DNA of 64,000 bases from Geopsychrobacteraceae bacterium (GTDB lineage Bacteria > Desulfobacterota > Desulfuromonadia > Desulfuromonadales > Geopsychrobacteraceae). The position numbers and the translations under genes were made by a program. The stretch is from the NCBI GenBank assembly GCA_963676795.2, contig CAXXTB010000001.1, positions 512,001 to 576,000 on the forward strand, in the 5' to 3' direction. Shown piece after piece: positions 62,843-64,000 of this stretch. The stretch's first letter is position 1. Each line of letters begins with the position of its first letter. Below the pieces are notes generated by a model. The model did not search any database. It saw nothing but the letters and a program-made list of their open reading frames with translations, and was not told where the DNA came from.

Positions 62843-64000
62843 ATGACGAAACACGTAAACATGCCGCCCGCCCAGGGCCTTTACGATCCCGCCAATGAGC
62901 ACGACAACTGTGGTGTCGGTTTTGTTGCCAATATCAAGGGCAAGAAAAGCCACTCCATCGTTTCGCGGGGTATCGAGATTCTCTGCAACCTGACCCACCG
63001 TGGTGCGGTCGGTGCCGACCCGCTCGACGGTGACGGCGCGGGTCTGATGATTCAGATGCCGGATGCCTACTACCGGGAGGTCTGCGAATTCGATCTGCCG
63101 CCGGTCGGTGAGTACGGTGCCGGTATCGTTTTTCTGCCGCGTGACGAGAAGAACCGTGAGGCCTGTATCGCTGCGTTCAACCGCGAGATCGAGCGGGCCG
63201 GCTGCAAGCTGCTCGGCTGGCGTAAGATTGCCACCGACAGCAACGGCATCGGCCGTAACGCCCTGGCTGCTGAACCTTTCGTCAAGCAGGTCTTTATCGC
63301 TCGTGGCGATGTCGAGGTTGCTCAGTTTGAACTGATGCTCTATCTCGGCCGCAAGCGCGCCGAGAATGTGATCCGCAACGCTGAGCTGGCCGGTGAAGAA
63401 CTGTTCTATGTCTGTTCGCTGTCGAGCCGTACCATCCTCTACAAAGGGATGCTGCTCTCCGAACAGCTCAACACCTTTTTCCCGGAACTGGACGACGAGC
63501 GCCTGGTCAGTGCCATCGCTTTCGTTCACCAGCGTTACAGCACCAATACCTTCCCGACCTGGGACCTGGCGCAGCCGTTCCGCTATGTTGCCCACAACGG
63601 TGAGATCAACACCCTGCGCGGTAACATCAACCGGATGAAGGCGCGGACCGCACTGTTCGCCCATATGGATCTGGCCGAAAATATCGCCGATCTCGATCCG
63701 GTCATCATTGAAGGCAGCTCGGACACCGCCTGTTTCGACAATGCTCTGGAACTGCTGGTCGTCACCGGCCGCAGCCTGGCCCATTCGCTGGCGATGATGG
63801 TGCCGGAAGCCTGGGCGTCCAAAGCGACTCTCGATCCGAAGATCAAAGGCTTCTTCGAATACCACGCAACCATGATGGAGCCATGGGACGGCCCGGCCAA
63901 CATCGTCGCCTGCGACGGCCGTCAGGTGGTCGCCATCCTCGACCGTAACGGTCTGCGTCCGGCGCGTTACTGGATCACCAGCGACGACGAGATCATCTAC
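62843..64000 (+). CDS. gltB: Glutamate synthase large subunit, N-terminal part (runs off window end)
   Basis: Manual translation: GLYDPANEHDNCGVGFVA...HRGAVGAD...GDGAG...HQRYSTNTFP...HNGEINT...MEPWDGPA. Confidence 0.95.
   Translation, partial: MTKHVNMPPAQGLYDPANEHDNCGVGFVANIKGKKSHSIVSRGIEILCNLTHRGAVGADPLDGDGAGLMIQMPDAYYREVCEFDLPPVGEYGAGIVFLPRDEKNREACIAAFNREIERAGCKLLGWRKIATDSNGIGRNALAAEPFVKQVFIARGDVEVAQFELMLYLGRKRAENVIRNAELAGEELFYVCSLSSRTILYKGMLLSEQLNTFFPELDDERLVSAIAFVHQRYSTNTFPTWDLAQPFRYVAHNGEINTLRGNINRMKARTALFAHMDLAENIADLDPVIIEGSSDTACFDNALELLVVTGRSLAHSLAMMVPEAWASKATLDPKIKGFFEYHATMMEPWDGPANIVACDGRQVVAILDRNGLRPARYWITSDDEIIY

Overview
A mostly GC-rich chromosomal window. Its gene content suggests a deltaproteobacterium of the Desulfuromonadales type; this is inferred, not tested. 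From left to right it holds: the aroE 3' end; an orphan vgrG cluster (VgrG, 943-aa metallophosphoesterase, pentapeptide-repeat protein, small membrane protein, permuted NlpC/P60 protein); housekeeping and stress genes (dgkA-PAP2, short S1, MFS, globin-coupled DGC, two bacterioferritins, YegD, rubredoxin-glutamate synthase); a prkA-yeaH-spoVR-prkA operon; an Amt-GGDEF ammonium sensor behind an ANTAR-type attenuator; a binding protein and hybrid kinase pair; cooA-cowN with a perfect CooA box; recQ; a chromosomal integron (intI at 53501-54475, four attC-bounded cassettes and a terminal toxin-antitoxin pair); then ubiB, thiM-thiE and the start of gltB. Two observations stand out. (1) Two 1763-bp IS1182-family copies have each inserted exactly at the GTT crossover triplet of an attC site. 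They duplicate the triplet and rebuild a GTTRRR core, which suggests an attC-targeting DDE IS that travels inside cassettes. (2) A ~435-bp non-coding element occurs twice (32274-32713 and, inverted, 60710-61142). Its sequence has diverged but its hairpins are preserved by compensatory changes.
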